64,000 nt of DNA from an uncultured bacterium (GTDB lineage: Bacteria; Bacteroidota; Bacteroidia; Bacteroidales; Bacteroidaceae), in contig CAMOWI010000002.1 in assembly GCA_946628295.1 (NCBI GenBank), positions 11,596 through 75,595 on the forward strand, in the 5' to 3' direction. This document shows, one piece after another, positions 37,842 to 48,449 of the stretch. The notes below the pieces were generated by a model. That model was not told the origin of the DNA and did not search any database. It saw only the letters and a list, made by a program, of their open reading frames with translations. Each line of letters begins with the position of its first letter. Position 1 is the first letter of the stretch. Both the position numbers and the translations under genes were made by a program.

Positions 37842-39694
37842 AGGAGCATAATAGTCTGGAGCAGCGGAAGTATATTATTGGGGCAGTGGCTATTCTGATA
37901 GTAACTGTCTATATTATCCGGCTATTTACGTTACAGATTACAAGCGATGACTACAAGAAGAGCGCCGACTCAAATGCCTTCCTCAAGAAAGTTGAGTTTC
38001 CTTCACGTGGTGTTATCACAGATCGTAACGGCAAACTGATGGTCTATAACCAGCCGTCGTATGATATTATGGTGGTTATGAATGAGGCTGTGGGCCATCT
38101 GGACACCTTGGAGTTTTGTAAGGCCTTAAGTATCACTAAGGAGGAGTTTGACCGCAGGATGGAGACTATCAAGGATCGCAATCGCAATCCTGGTTACTCC
38201 CGTTTTACTCAGCAGCTTTTCCTGAGTCAGTTGACCGACAAGGATTTCAGCATTTTCCGTGAAAAGATGTTCCGATTCCCTGGTTTCTATGTGCAGAAGC
38301 GTAGTGTTCGCTGTTATCAGAGTGGAATGGCTGCCCATGTGCTGGGTGATGTCGCAGAGGTGTCGCCTGCTGATATTGAGGAAGACGACTACTATCAGCC
38401 TGGTGACTATATTGGTAAGCAAGGGGTTGAGCGTAGTTACGAGAAGCAGTTGCGCGGCGAAAAGGGTATACAGATATTGCTGCGCGATGCTCATGGTCGC
38501 ATCCAGGGTCGTTATCAGAATGGTGCCTTGGACCGTAAACCCAAGCCAGGCAAGAATCTGACGCTGAGTATCGACTACGAGTTGCAGGCGCTTGGCGAAC
38601 GATTGATGGAGGGGAAGATAGGTAGCATCGTCGCTATTGAGCCTTCTACAGGGGAAATACTATGCATGGTCTCCTCCCCGTCTTATGATGCCCGTATGAT
38701 GGTGGGACGTGAGCGTAGCAAGAACCATCGTCTGCTCAGTATGGATCCGTGGCGCCCGCTGCTCAATCGAAGCATTATGGGACTCTACCCTCCAGGGTCT
38801 ACCTTTAAGACATCGCAAGGGCTTACATTCATGACTGAGGGCATTATCGATGAAAAGACACCTTATCCCTGTGGTCATGGCTTCAATTTCCGAGGACTGC
38901 ATGTGGGATGTCACGGTCATGCTTCTCCCTTGCCTCTGGTACCAGCCCTCTCGACATCTTGTAACGGATTCTTTTGCTGGGGACTCTATCATATGCTCAA
39001 TACGAACATATCCAAATATGGCAGTGTTCAGAATGCGATGAATACTTGGCGTGACTATATGGTTTCTATGGGCTTCGGCTATAAGCTCGGCGTTGACTTG
39101 CCTGGCGAGAAGCGGGGCCTGATACCTAATGCCGACTTCTACGACCGTGCTTATAAGGGCTCTTGGAATGGTCTGACAATTATATCTATCTCTATTGGCC
39201 AGGGTGAGGTGCTGCTTACACCATTGCAGATAGCCAATCTGGGGGCCACTATTGCCAACCGAGGTTACTATTACGTGCCCCATGTGGTACGTAAGGTCCA
39301 GGGTGAACCTCTAGACACTGCCTTCACTCGTCGCCATTTTACTAAAGCTAATGCCAGAGCTTACGATTTCGTCGTACAGGGTATGCGCTCTTCGGCATTG
39401 GGAGGTACTTGTCATGCGCTAGCGCATTACGATTTCCAAGCCTGTGGCAAGACGGGTACTGCCCAGAACCGCGGTCACGACCACTCTGTATTTATGGGTT
39501 TTGCTCCTATGGACAAACCGAAGATAGCGGTGGCAGTGTATGTAGAAAACGGTGGATGGGGAGCTACATACGGTGTTCCCATTGGTGGACTTATTATGGA
39601 ACAGTATATTCACGGAAAACTCTCTGAGGCCTCTATGAAGAAAGCAGAGTCATTCCAAAACCGACATATAGCGTATGGCACCGAGGACAGATAA
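37838..39694 (+). CDS. mrdA: Penicillin-binding protein 2
   Basis: RGVITDRNG, PGSTFK (SxxK), SCN, KTGTAQN. Confidence 0.93.
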   Translation: MKEHNSLEQRKYIIGAVAILIVTVYIIRLFTLQITSDDYKKSADSNAFLKKVEFPSRGVITDRNGKLMVYNQPSYDIMVVMNEAVGHLDTLEFCKALSITKEEFDRRMETIKDRNRNPGYSRFTQQLFLSQLTDKDFSIFREKMFRFPGFYVQKRSVRCYQSGMAAHVLGDVAEVSPADIEEDDYYQPGDYIGKQGVERSYEKQLRGEKGIQILLRDAHGRIQGRYQNGALDRKPKPGKNLTLSIDYELQALGERLMEGKIGSIVAIEPSTGEILCMVSSPSYDARMMVGRERSKNHRLLSMDPWRPLLNRSIMGLYPPGSTFKTSQGLTFMTEGIIDEKTPYPCGHGFNFRGLHVGCHGHASPLPLVPALSTSCNGFFCWGLYHMLNTNISKYGSVQNAMNTWRDYMVSMGFGYKLGVDLPGEKRGLIPNADFYDRAYKGSWNGLTIISISIGQGEVLLTPLQIANLGATIANRGYYYVPHVVRKVQGEPLDTAFTRRHFTKANARAYDFVVQGMRSSALGGTCHALAHYDFQACGKTGTAQNRGHDHSVFMGFAPMDKPKIAVAVYVENGGWGATYGVPIGGLIMEQYIHGKLSEASMKKAESFQNRHIAYGTEDR

Positions 39695-41144
39695 AAAACC
39701 GAGTGTACTGCGAAGCATCGACTGGTGGACTATTTTGATCTACCTCGCATTACTCTCTTTTGGATGGGTGAGTGTCTGTGGTGCCAGTTACACTTATGGT
39801 GAGACGGATATCTTCAGTCTGGACAGCCGTTCTGGCATGCAGATTGTATGGATAGGTTCTTCTATTGTGTTGGGACTCTTCCTCCTTCTACTTGATGATC
39901 GTTTCTATGATACTTTTGCTTACGCCATCTTTGCTGTTCTGCTGCTACTGCTGATAGCCACCATTTTCAATCCCCATACAATTAAAGGTTCCAGGTCGTG
40001 GCTCGTGCTTGGGCCCCTTCGTGTCCAGCCGGCAGAGTTCGCAAAATTCGCTACAGCCTTGGCTTTGGCGAAATTCATGAGTACTTATGGCTATGACATC
40101 TATAAATGGAAGGATTTCGCTATCACGCTGGCTTTCATTTTCTTACCGATGGTGTGTATTGTGCTGCAGCGCGAAACGGGGTCAGCCCTGGTCTATCTCG
40201 CTTTCTTCCTGATGCTTTATCGCGAAGGCATGTCGGGTAGCTTGTTGTTTACCGGGGTTGCAATGGTCATCTATTTCGTAGTCGGAATTCGTTTTGCCGA
40301 TACAATGTTGCTCTACACTCCCACTTCGGTGGGCAAGTTCGTTGTGCTTTTCCTGATCCAGTTGTTCTCTGGCTTGATGGTTCTTAGCTATTGCCGTGAC
40401 AGGCGTGAGGCATGGTATATCTTGATAGCCTGCTTTGGGCTGACGGCAGTCTTTTTAGCCTTTTCGCTCTATGTCATTCCGTTCGACATTGTCTATGTAC
40501 AGTTGGTGATGACGGCCTTGCTGATAGGTTACCTGTTATGGCAGGCGGTGGCCACACGTTTTCGCAATTATCTTTGGATAGCTCTCTTCGCACTGGGCTC
40601 GGTGGTATTCTTCAACCTGGCCGACTATGTGCTTAACAACGTGATGGAGCCCCACCAGCGTGTACGTATTAATGTGTTGCTTGGGTTGGAGGAGGATCTG
40701 AAAGGTGCGGGATATAACGTGCATCAGAGTCAGATAGCCATCGGTTCTGGTGGCATTGAAGGAAAGGGATTCCTTAACGGCACTCAGACCAAGCTGAAGT
40801 ATGTTCCAGAGCAGGATACCGACTTCATATTCTGTACGGTAGGTGAAGAGGAGGGATTTATCGGCTCGGCATCCGTCCTGTTGTTGTTCCTGTTTCTCAT
40901 TTTGCGCTTAATTCACTTGGCAGAACGTCAGCCTTACCGCTTTGGGCGAGTCTATGGCTATTCCGTGCTGAGCATCTTCCTGTTCCATGTGTTTATCAAT
41001 GTGGGCATGGTGCTTGGCCTGACGCCTGTCATTGGCATCCCACTGCCGTTCTTTAGTTATGGCGGTTCGTCATTGTGGGGATTCACCATCCTCTTGTTTA
41101 TCTTCCTGCGTATTGATGCAGGTAGAAATCTCGCGCGTACCTAA
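39675..41144 (+). CDS. rodA: Rod shape-determining protein RodA
   Basis: QPAEFAK, QSQIAIGSGG, PEQDTDFIF, GIPLPFFSYGGSSL. Confidence 0.95.
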   Translation: MAPRTDKKPSVLRSIDWWTILIYLALLSFGWVSVCGASYTYGETDIFSLDSRSGMQIVWIGSSIVLGLFLLLLDDRFYDTFAYAIFAVLLLLLIATIFNPHTIKGSRSWLVLGPLRVQPAEFAKFATALALAKFMSTYGYDIYKWKDFAITLAFIFLPMVCIVLQRETGSALVYLAFFLMLYREGMSGSLLFTGVAMVIYFVVGIRFADTMLLYTPTSVGKFVVLFLIQLFSGLMVLSYCRDRREAWYILIACFGLTAVFLAFSLYVIPFDIVYVQLVMTALLIGYLLWQAVATRFRNYLWIALFALGSVVFFNLADYVLNNVMEPHQRVRINVLLGLEEDLKGAGYNVHQSQIAIGSGGIEGKGFLNGTQTKLKYVPEQDTDFIFCTVGEEEGFIGSASVLLLFLFLILRLIHLAERQPYRFGRVYGYSVLSIFLFHVFINVGMVLGLTPVIGIPLPFFSYGGSSLWGFTILLFIFLRIDAGRNLART

Positions 41145-41159
41145 TTTATATATATAGGG

Positions 41160-41636
41160 TCATCTCTTCTCGATCTGCATGCCGACATCTGTAATGCCCG
41201 GCATGATTTCCCGTTTCATGTTATGCTTTATCTGTATGAGTAGTGAATCGCCTTCGTTCAGCCGAATGGTATTTACATGAAAGGAGTATTGGTAGTGATT
41301 GATTCCTGAACCCTTCATGCGCCCATTCTTGTCGATGAGATTGCAGTTCAGTGTGTCGCTGTGATGGTAGCCAGACGGCAGTATCGTCTGATGGACCACC
41401 AAGCAGAGGCCTTGGAAAGGGAATTCGTCACTGATACGCAGACCCAGCTCTTCGTGGTAGTAGCCGGCTTCCTTCACGGGACTGATTTCGTACTTGAGCA
41501 CATCGTTTTTCTCCCAACCCGCAATAGGGGTATGCTCATAGTGACTATATATTGGCAGCCGGTCGCATGCCAACAGAATGGAGGCTCCGATAGCCAGTAT
41601 AATACCGATACGCAGTGCTTGGTTACCCTTTTGCAT
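41160..41636 (-). CDS. gldH: GldH-family lipoprotein
   Basis: Lipobox LLAC, DTLNCNL, HNMKREIMPGITDVG; position after ricT. Confidence 0.78.
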   Translation of the reverse strand: MQKGNQALRIGIILAIGASILLACDRLPIYSHYEHTPIAGWEKNDVLKYEISPVKEAGYYHEELGLRISDEFPFQGLCLVVHQTILPSGYHHSDTLNCNLIDKNGRMKGSGINHYQYSFHVNTIRLNEGDSLLIQIKHNMKREIMPGITDVGMQIEKR

Positions 41637-42783
41637 TGTCGCTCGTTTTTTCTGCCTTTACATTCTCACTGGACTTATTGCCACTCGGTTTTTTCTTTTT
41701 CTTCTTTTTCTTTGCTTTGTCGAAACGACTGATGTCGCCTCCGGCCAAGTCTACGTGCTCCTTCACTGGCTTTGCATGGCCGTCTTCTTGTAGGGTGAGG
41801 GGCTTTTCGCCCTTACGGTTCATTTCAATAATCTCCTTGGCTCGACGGGCACTGATGGTCTCCAGGTTTGCGGCAATGTTCTTGTCGGTAGAGTAGCTGA
41901 CGAGTCCTGCAAGTATATCGCTCTTGAAGTAATAGTAGTCGGCATCCTGAGTCTGCAGGATGATGTCCTTAGCAGGCAGACTGCGTCCTGCTTCCACATA
42001 ATCATCGACTTCATAATTCAGGCAACATTTCAGTTTGGCACACATGCCAGCCAGCTTCTGGGGGTTTAAGGAGATGTCTTGGAAACGGGCGGCATTGGTG
42101 CTCACGCTGACGAAATTCTTCATCCAGGTGGCACAGCATAGTTCACGGCCGCACGGACCGGTACCGCCGATGCGGCCAGCTTCCTGACGGGCGCCAATCT
42201 GTTTCATCTCGATACGCACATGGAAGGCTGCTGCCAAGTCCTTGATCAGTTGACGGAAGTCCACGCGCTCATCGGCGATGTAGTAGAAGATAGCCTTGTT
42301 GCCGTCGCCTTGATATTCCACGTCACCAATCTTCATGTCCAGTCCAAGCCCTTTGGCAATCATGCGGCTCTCTATCATGGTGGAGTGCTCGCGAGCTTTT
42401 GCTTCCTGGAACTTCTGCATGTCGGCTTCACGGGCGATACGATAGATTCGCTTGATGTCGTCTGCCGATTTCAGATTGGCCTTCTTGATCTGGAGTTTTA
42501 CCAGTCGGCCTGTCAGTGTCACCACCCCGATGTCGTGGCCGGGACTTGCTTCTACGGCCACGATATCACCTTTCTTCAGGGGCAGGTTGTTTACATTGTG
42601 GTAGTACCCTTTGCGGGTATGCTTAAACTGTACCTCCACCAAGTCGGTGTCTTCTGAATTACTTGGTACGTCAGCAAGCCAGTCGTAGGTGTTTAGTTGA
42701 CGGTCTTGCCGGCCTACAGCCTGACGGCACAAGCCTCTGTCACAGCCTACTCGTATCGGATATTCTTTTGTTTTCTCTGTCAT
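41623..42783 (-). CDS. ricT: PSP1-domain regulatory Fe-S protein RicT/YaaT
   Basis: RVDFRQLIK, GPCGRELCC, KLAGMCAKLKCCLNYE. Confidence 0.9.
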   Translation of the reverse strand: MTEKTKEYPIRVGCDRGLCRQAVGRQDRQLNTYDWLADVPSNSEDTDLVEVQFKHTRKGYYHNVNNLPLKKGDIVAVEASPGHDIGVVTLTGRLVKLQIKKANLKSADDIKRIYRIAREADMQKFQEAKAREHSTMIESRMIAKGLGLDMKIGDVEYQGDGNKAIFYYIADERVDFRQLIKDLAAAFHVRIEMKQIGARQEAGRIGGTGPCGRELCCATWMKNFVSVSTNAARFQDISLNPQKLAGMCAKLKCCLNYEVDDYVEAGRSLPAKDIILQTQDADYYYFKSDILAGLVSYSTDKNIAANLETISARRAKEIIEMNRKGEKPLTLQEDGHAKPVKEHVDLAGGDISRFDKAKKKKKKKKPSGNKSSENVKAEKTSDNAKG

Positions 42784-42795
42784 ATCGTTATATAT

Positions 42796-43908
42796 TTATT
42801 TCTGAAGCAATAATACTATCATTTGTAGCGCAAAGTCGAAGAAGACAATCTTCGCATTGGCATTCTGCCCGATGTCGCGAATGGCTCGATTGGCCAGGTC
42901 GCAGATTGGCAGTATATTGTTCTCATTGATGAACCGGGCAAAGTTGCGGGCGAAGTTTTCTTCCTCCTGCGTCATATAGTTCAGCTCTTCCTGCCTGAAG
43001 TTGTACATGAAGTTCTCACGGGCCATCTTGAGGAAATAGCTGAGCCATCGTTTCTGTTTCTCACGTCCGAAGGCAGCCATCACCTCGCTCCACTTCCGCA
43101 GGTCCTTGATCTTTCGCTGGTATGCCAGTCGCATCAGTGAGATATACAGGTCGAGGAATTGCTCGTTCTCAGAGCCCACTTGCAGTTCGTCGAGTGCTTT
43201 TTGCCAGTCGCCGTTCGCCAGTCTGGCTATGCGATGCGCTGCCTCCTGACTGATCCCTCGCCGTTCTATGAGTGCTTGTTCCACGCTCTCGTTGTCTATC
43301 TTCTTCACATCGATGCGCTGCACTCGGCTACGAATGGTCTCCAAGAGTTTGTCAGGCTCCTCGCAGACCATGATGAATACCGTCTGTTGGGGTGGTTCCT
43401 CAATGAGTTTGAGCAACTTGTTGGCACATTCTGTATTCATGCGTTCTGGCAGCCATACAATGCTCACTTTGTAGCCTCCCTGACTCGATTTCAACGATAG
43501 CTTGCGTACCAGGTCGTCACTCTCGCCTGCAGTGATGATGGCCTGCTGGTTCTCACCGCCCATAGCCTGCATCCACTGGTCCATCGTGAAATAGGGGCCT
43601 TCCATGATGAGGTTGTGCCATTCCCGGGCGAAGTCATCACTCACGGGCTTGTGGTCTGAACTCATCGACGGCAGCTTGATGGTGGGATACGTAAAGTGCA
43701 GGTCGGGATGCTCCAGCTTGTCAAGCATAGCTTTGGCTGCTGCAGTGTGGTTGTCCAGCAGATAACATCCGAATGCCATGGCCAGTGCCATCTTGCCGGC
43801 TCCTTGAGGTCCGCAGAGCATCAGCGCATGGGGCAGACGATTTTCGCCGACCATCTGCATCAGACGCTCCTGCACCTCTTTCTGACCTATGACTTCACTC
43901 CAACTCAT
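42796..43908 (-). CDS. holB: DNA polymerase III delta-prime subunit
   Basis: RLPHALMLCGPQGAGK, HPDLHF, ANKLLKLIEEPP, TIRSRVQ. Confidence 0.92.
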   Translation of the reverse strand: MSWSEVIGQKEVQERLMQMVGENRLPHALMLCGPQGAGKMALAMAFGCYLLDNHTAAAKAMLDKLEHPDLHFTYPTIKLPSMSSDHKPVSDDFAREWHNLIMEGPYFTMDQWMQAMGGENQQAIITAGESDDLVRKLSLKSSQGGYKVSIVWLPERMNTECANKLLKLIEEPPQQTVFIMVCEEPDKLLETIRSRVQRIDVKKIDNESVEQALIERRGISQEAAHRIARLANGDWQKALDELQVGSENEQFLDLYISLMRLAYQRKIKDLRKWSEVMAAFGREKQKRWLSYFLKMARENFMYNFRQEELNYMTQEEENFARNFARFINENNILPICDLANRAIRDIGQNANAKIVFFDFALQMIVLLLQK

Positions 43909-43912
43909 ATTA

Positions 43913-44860
43913 TTATAGCAGTCGCTTAGCAATCTCTACTACAGAGTCTACGGCAGATACCGTATAGAAATGTATGTTGTTTACACCATGGGCATAGAGT
44001 TCCTTACATTGTTCTGTGGTCCACTCGATGCCCAGTTGGCATGCATCATTGTCGGTCTTGCACTTCACAATCTCCCTGGCGAGTGGTTCAGGGATGTCGC
44101 AGTGGAATGTCTTGGGTACCATTGTCAGTTGTGTCAGCTTTGCCAATGGCTTGATGCCTGGTATGATGGGGATGGTGATGCCCATGGCCCGAGCTTTTTC
44201 TACGAAGCTGAAATATTTCTGGTTGTCGTAGAATAGTTGGGTTACGGCGTATTGTGCCCCCAGGTCCTGTTTCTCTTTCAGGTATTGCATGTCCATCTCC
44301 AAGTTCGGCGCTTCCTCATGCTTCTCCGGATAGCAGGCTACACCGAAGTCGAAACTGCGTCCTGGTTGCTTGATGGTTGTGCCATCGGCAAAGTAGCCTT
44401 CATTGAACTGCTGCACTTGCCGGATGAGGTCTGTCGTGTGGGCATGCCCTCCGGGTGTCGGTATGAAGCGGTTGTCCTCCTTGGCCTTGTCGCCGCGGAG
44501 CAGCAGCAGATCGTGGATGCCGAGGAACTGAAGGTCGAGAAGTTCATACTCGATGTCTTCTATAGTGGCACCGCTGCAGATGACATGGGGCTGCACAGGG
44601 ATATTGTACCGCTGCTGGATGGCAGCGGCGATGGCCACAGTGCCAGGGCGCCTGCGAATGCGCTGGCGCTCAAACTGCCCGTTCTCCAGCTCGCGGTACA
44701 CGAATTCGGAGTGGTGCGTCGTGATGTTGATATAGGCGGGGTTGAACTCCCGCAGCTTGTCGATATCGGCAAACAGTTTGGCCGTGCCTGTCCCCTTTAG
44801 GGGGGGGAGCACCTCGAATGAGAACCGTTTAGTCGCTGTATCTAAGTTCAATATACTCAT
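43913..44860 (-). CDS. metF: 5,10-methylenetetrahydrofolate reductase
   Basis: FSFEVLPP, LRGD, ACYPEKH, VTQLFYDN, IHFYT. Confidence 0.93.
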   Translation of the reverse strand: MSILNLDTATKRFSFEVLPPLKGTGTAKLFADIDKLREFNPAYINITTHHSEFVYRELENGQFERQRIRRRPGTVAIAAAIQQRYNIPVQPHVICSGATIEDIEYELLDLQFLGIHDLLLLRGDKAKEDNRFIPTPGGHAHTTDLIRQVQQFNEGYFADGTTIKQPGRSFDFGVACYPEKHEEAPNLEMDMQYLKEKQDLGAQYAVTQLFYDNQKYFSFVEKARAMGITIPIIPGIKPLAKLTQLTMVPKTFHCDIPEPLAREIVKCKTDNDACQLGIEWTTEQCKELYAHGVNNIHFYTVSAVDSVVEIAKRLL

Positions 44861-44889
44861 ATTTCGGCCACAAAATTAATAAAAAAGAA

Positions 44890-44962
44890 ACAAAAATCTT
44901 CAAAAATCTGCCATAAATCTATATTCAGAGGAGATTTATGGCAGATTTTTGAAGATTTTTGT
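44890..44962. repeat. 31-bp perfect inverted repeat with 11-nt loop
   Basis: ACAAAAATCTTCAAAAATCTGCCATAAATCT (44890-44920) and its exact reverse complement (44932-44962). Confidence 0.9.
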
Positions 44963-44990
44963 CCTTATCAGACTCTAAAAGAATCCAAGT

Positions 44991-47021
44991 CTATTTGCGT
45001 ACCTTATATATTCTGAAGGAAGTTGCGGGCAGTTCATCGTTGATGACCGTCGACTTCTTGCCGGCTTCCAGCTTCAGCGTACCGTTCTGCGGAATGATCT
45101 TCTCTGGCTGGTCGAGAGTGTTCTCGTCGTCCATACCGTCATGGCAGAGAGTGATGGTGTTTGCCGTACGCTCACCCTTCAGTCCTGTCAGGTTGATGGT
45201 GACGGGCTGTTTCTGCTTCGATGTGTTGACCACTTTGATGATTACCTCACCCGTCTGCTTGTCGAATACCGAAGAGGCAAAGAGACCATCCTGTCCCTCT
45301 TGTCCGGCCACGGGCTTCTTGTCCATGGTGAGTTGCAGCACGTTGGTACCCTTATTGGTGGCAAACAGTTGCTGTACGTAGTAGCTCACTGATTTGAATG
45401 AGCGCAGGTTGTCAAACCAGATGGCATCGGGGCGCCACTGCCAGCCGTCGACGTGGGCGAAGAGTGGGGCGTAGGTAGCCATGTGAACGATGTCGGCATT
45501 ACGCTCGATACCTGTCATGTGGGCAGCTTCGAGGAGTGATGTGTAGTAGTGGTTCCACTTGTGCTTGTTGCTCCCGTGGCAGGCATATTCGCCGGCGAAC
45601 ACTTTCGGACCCTTGCGGTCGTAGCTGTCGTAGCGCAGGCCGTGGCTGAGGAACCACTCCTCGTTGCGGTAGTAATGCTCGTCGTAGAGATCCACCTTCA
45701 GTTCCTTCATGCGCGGCTGGAGCAGGTCGAAGTCCCAACCCTCAGAATTCGGGCCTGTGGTGCCGATGAGCTTCAGCTGCGGGTACTTGGCACGCAGGGC
45801 GGCATTGAATTTCTTCAGGCGCTCGGTGAACACAGGGCCGTAGCCGCCGTGGGCATCGTCGTAGTCCCACTGCTCGTTACCCACGCCGAGGAACTTCAGG
45901 TTGAAGGGCTCAGGGTGTCCCATCTCGGCACGTACCTTGCCCCACTTGGAGTCAATGGGGCCGTTGGCAAACTCCACCAGGTCGAGAGCATCCTGAATAT
46001 AGCTGTCGAGATCGTCGAGGGCCGCATGCACACCGGGCTTGGTGGGGTCGGGGTTCTGGAACTGGCAGCTCAGACCGCATGAGATGACGGGCAGGGGCTC
46101 ACAGCCGAAGTCCTCACAGAGCTGGAAGAACTCGAAGAAACCCAGTCCGTAGGTCTGGAAATAGTCGGGATAGAAACGGTGGGGGAAGGTGTAGTGCCAG
46201 CGGTTCTCGTTCAGCGGGCGGTTCTCAACGGGGCCGACGGAATTCTTCCACTGGTAGCGGCTTCCCAGATCGGTACCCTCCACGATGCAACCGCCGGGGA
46301 AGCGGAACACACCGGGCTTCATGTCGTAGAGTGCCTGTGCCAGATCCTTGCGCATGCCGTTCTCACGGCCTTTCCAAGTGTCCTTGGGGAAGAGCGAGAT
46401 ATGCTCCACATCGGTGGTTGCGATGGGGTCTTTTCCGCTGGCGAGCAGATAGATGCGGAGAGCAGCCTTGGCTTCGGTGCGGGGTGACTTCAGCTCGGCA
46501 GTGTATTTCTTCCACTCCTTGCCGCTCACGTTGATTGTCGTTTTTACGAAGCGCTGGTCCTCTTCCATGGTGTTGTTGTCTACGAAGCTCACCTCCAGTG
46601 TCGACTTGCCACCTTCGGGGCAGCGTGCCCATACGGAGAAACGGTAAGTGGCATCCTTCTTCACGGCGATGCCGAAGAAGCCTTCATTCTCCAGACCAGT
46701 ATACTTGTCTCTGTGGCCGGAGTACTTCAGACGTACAAAGTGCGGGTTGCGCTCGAAGGGACCATCGTCCTCCACCTCAAACTTGCCGAATGCGCGCCAG
46801 CCCATCAGGTGCTGAGGAAACTCAAACGAGCGGTTCTTCACCATCTCAGCATACAGGCCACCGTCGGCAGCGTAGTTGATGTCTTCAAAGAAGATTCCGT
46901 ACATCGTCGACTGTACAGGAGCACCGAGTTTGGCTGTCTTTACCTCCATTACGTGGCTTTGCGCCGACATCGTGAGGGCAGAAGCAAGTGCAAACGCACT
47001 GGTTAATGTTCTTAAATTCAT
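44991..47021 (-). CDS. Alpha-L-arabinofuranosidase, GH51
   Basis: GIFFEDINYAADGGLYAE, FRFPGGCIVEG, GVGNEQW, DEHYY, GEYA, MATYAPLF. Confidence 0.92.
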   Translation of the reverse strand: MNLRTLTSAFALASALTMSAQSHVMEVKTAKLGAPVQSTMYGIFFEDINYAADGGLYAEMVKNRSFEFPQHLMGWRAFGKFEVEDDGPFERNPHFVRLKYSGHRDKYTGLENEGFFGIAVKKDATYRFSVWARCPEGGKSTLEVSFVDNNTMEEDQRFVKTTINVSGKEWKKYTAELKSPRTEAKAALRIYLLASGKDPIATTDVEHISLFPKDTWKGRENGMRKDLAQALYDMKPGVFRFPGGCIVEGTDLGSRYQWKNSVGPVENRPLNENRWHYTFPHRFYPDYFQTYGLGFFEFFQLCEDFGCEPLPVISCGLSCQFQNPDPTKPGVHAALDDLDSYIQDALDLVEFANGPIDSKWGKVRAEMGHPEPFNLKFLGVGNEQWDYDDAHGGYGPVFTERLKKFNAALRAKYPQLKLIGTTGPNSEGWDFDLLQPRMKELKVDLYDEHYYRNEEWFLSHGLRYDSYDRKGPKVFAGEYACHGSNKHKWNHYYTSLLEAAHMTGIERNADIVHMATYAPLFAHVDGWQWRPDAIWFDNLRSFKSVSYYVQQLFATNKGTNVLQLTMDKKPVAGQEGQDGLFASSVFDKQTGEVIIKVVNTSKQKQPVTINLTGLKGERTANTITLCHDGMDDENTLDQPEKIIPQNGTLKLEAGKKSTVINDELPATSFRIYKVRK

Positions 47022-47197
47022 TTTTTTGGGTTTATAAGTTACTAGTTAAATGATCTTTTGTGATGCAAAATTAGTTAAAAAATACAGAAAAGCTTGCTTT
47101 TTTCAGATAAAAGTAGTAATTTTGTGAATTATTAAGATATGATAGGCCTCGAGCCGTGCTAACTACCCAACGAAAAAAATATAGTATAGACAGTAAT

Positions 47198-47554
47198 ATG
47201 AAGAAGATTTTAGTAGCAGAAGACAACGACAGCAACTTTATCTTGATGACGTACATTCTTAAGAAATTTTACCAGTTTGAACGTGCCAAGAATGGAAAAG
47301 AGGCTGTGGAAATGGTCGAGAAAGGTGGATTCGATATCGTGCTGATGGACATCAAGATGCCTATCATGGACGGTTTGGAGGCTACGAAGGCCATCAAGGA
47401 GAAATATCCAGACCTTCCTGTCGTGGCGCTTACGGCCAATGCCTTCGACAGCGACCGACAGCTGGCACTTCAGGCAGGATGTGACGATTTCCTCTCGAAG
47501 CCGGTCAGCAGCGACCTTTGCATCAAGACCATCAGGAAGTTTGTTGGGGAATGA
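47198..47554 (+). CDS. Stand-alone response regulator receiver
   Basis: ILVAEDND, LMDIKMP, ALTANA, FLSKP. Confidence 0.92.
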   Translation: MKKILVAEDNDSNFILMTYILKKFYQFERAKNGKEAVEMVEKGGFDIVLMDIKMPIMDGLEATKAIKEKYPDLPVVALTANAFDSDRQLALQAGCDDFLSKPVSSDLCIKTIRKFVGE

Positions 47555-47570
47555 TGAGTGAAGAAACAAA

Positions 47571-47599
47571 AAGAGAGGCGTGAGCCTCTCTTCTTTTTT
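47571..47599. terminator. Hairpin terminator between the convergent receiver gene and tRNA-Lys
   Basis: AAGAGAGGC-gtga-GCCTCTCTT flanked by A and T tracts. Confidence 0.75.
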
Positions 47600-47674
47600 G
47601 GTGATCCGCTTGGGGCTCGAACCCAAGACCCCAACATTAAAAGTGTTGTGCTCTACCAACTGAGCTAGCGGATC
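47599..47674 (-). tRNA. tRNA-Lys (UUU)
   Basis: GATCCGC acceptor stem, TAGCTCAGTTGGTAGAGC D-arm, CAACA-CTTTTAA-TGTTG anticodon arm, GGTTCGAGCCC T-arm, encoded CCA. Confidence 0.97.
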
Positions 47675-47752
47675 TCCCTTTTTTGACCTCTGCCAACGAT
47701 GTTGGACGGAAATCGGCTGCAAAGGTACGATGTTTTTTTGAGATAGCCAAAT

Positions 47753-48343
47753 TTATTCGGACGTTTTTTCGCTTTCGAGTGCTTTTTGATAACATTCGCG
47801 GCATAAAGGCTCATATTCACCGGTCTCTCCGAGCAGTACGCGGCGGTCGTTGGCCACCTTGCGGTGGCTGACGTATGCCAGGTTGCCACACTGCACACAG
47901 ATGGCATGCACCTTCGTCACGTCGTCGGCAATAGCACAGAGGGCCGGCATGGGGCCGAAGGGCACACCTTTATAGTCCATGTCGAGTCCGGCGATGATGA
48001 CGCGTACTCCCCGGTAGGCCAGCTCATTGCAGACATCTACCAGTCCCATGTCGAAGAATTGTGCCTCGTCGATGCCCACCACGTCGATGTCCGATGAGAG
48101 CAATAGGATGCTGGCAGACGAGTCGATGGGGGTGGAGGGAATATGCTTCTGGTCGTGGCTGACAACGTCCTCCTCCGAGTACCTGACATCGATGGCGGGC
48201 TTGAATATCTCCACTTTCTGATGGGCAAACTGGGCGCGGCGCAGGCGGCGGATGAGTTCCTCGGTCTTGCCAGAGAACATCGATCCGCACACCACCTCTA
48301 TTCTTCCCGGGCGACGCTGCTCGCCTGTTAAATTTTCTGTCAT
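47753..48343 (-). CDS. tdk: Thymidine kinase
   Basis: [37 protein letters not shown]. Confidence 0.96.
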   Translation of the reverse strand: MTENLTGEQRRPGRIEVVCGSMFSGKTEELIRRLRRAQFAHQKVEIFKPAIDVRYSEEDVVSHDQKHIPSTPIDSSASILLLSSDIDVVGIDEAQFFDMGLVDVCNELAYRGVRVIIAGLDMDYKGVPFGPMPALCAIADDVTKVHAICVQCGNLAYVSHRKVANDRRVLLGETGEYEPLCRECYQKALESEKTSE

Positions 48344-48449
48344 TTCTCTGTTGTTTTCCTGCAAAAGTACAAATACATTTTAAAAATTGCAAAGATTTTG
48401 TGCTTTTTTTTGTTTGTTATAAGATTTTCTGCTATATTTGCCCCGAAAT

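Noticed and set aside
41160-41636. gldH as evidence of gliding motility
   Set aside because: No other gld/spr genes here; gldH beside ricT-holB is common in non-gliding Bacteroidales.
47599-47674. tRNA-Lys as an integration site
   Set aside because: No duplicated 3' end or adjacent integrase seen; flanking genes are ordinary.
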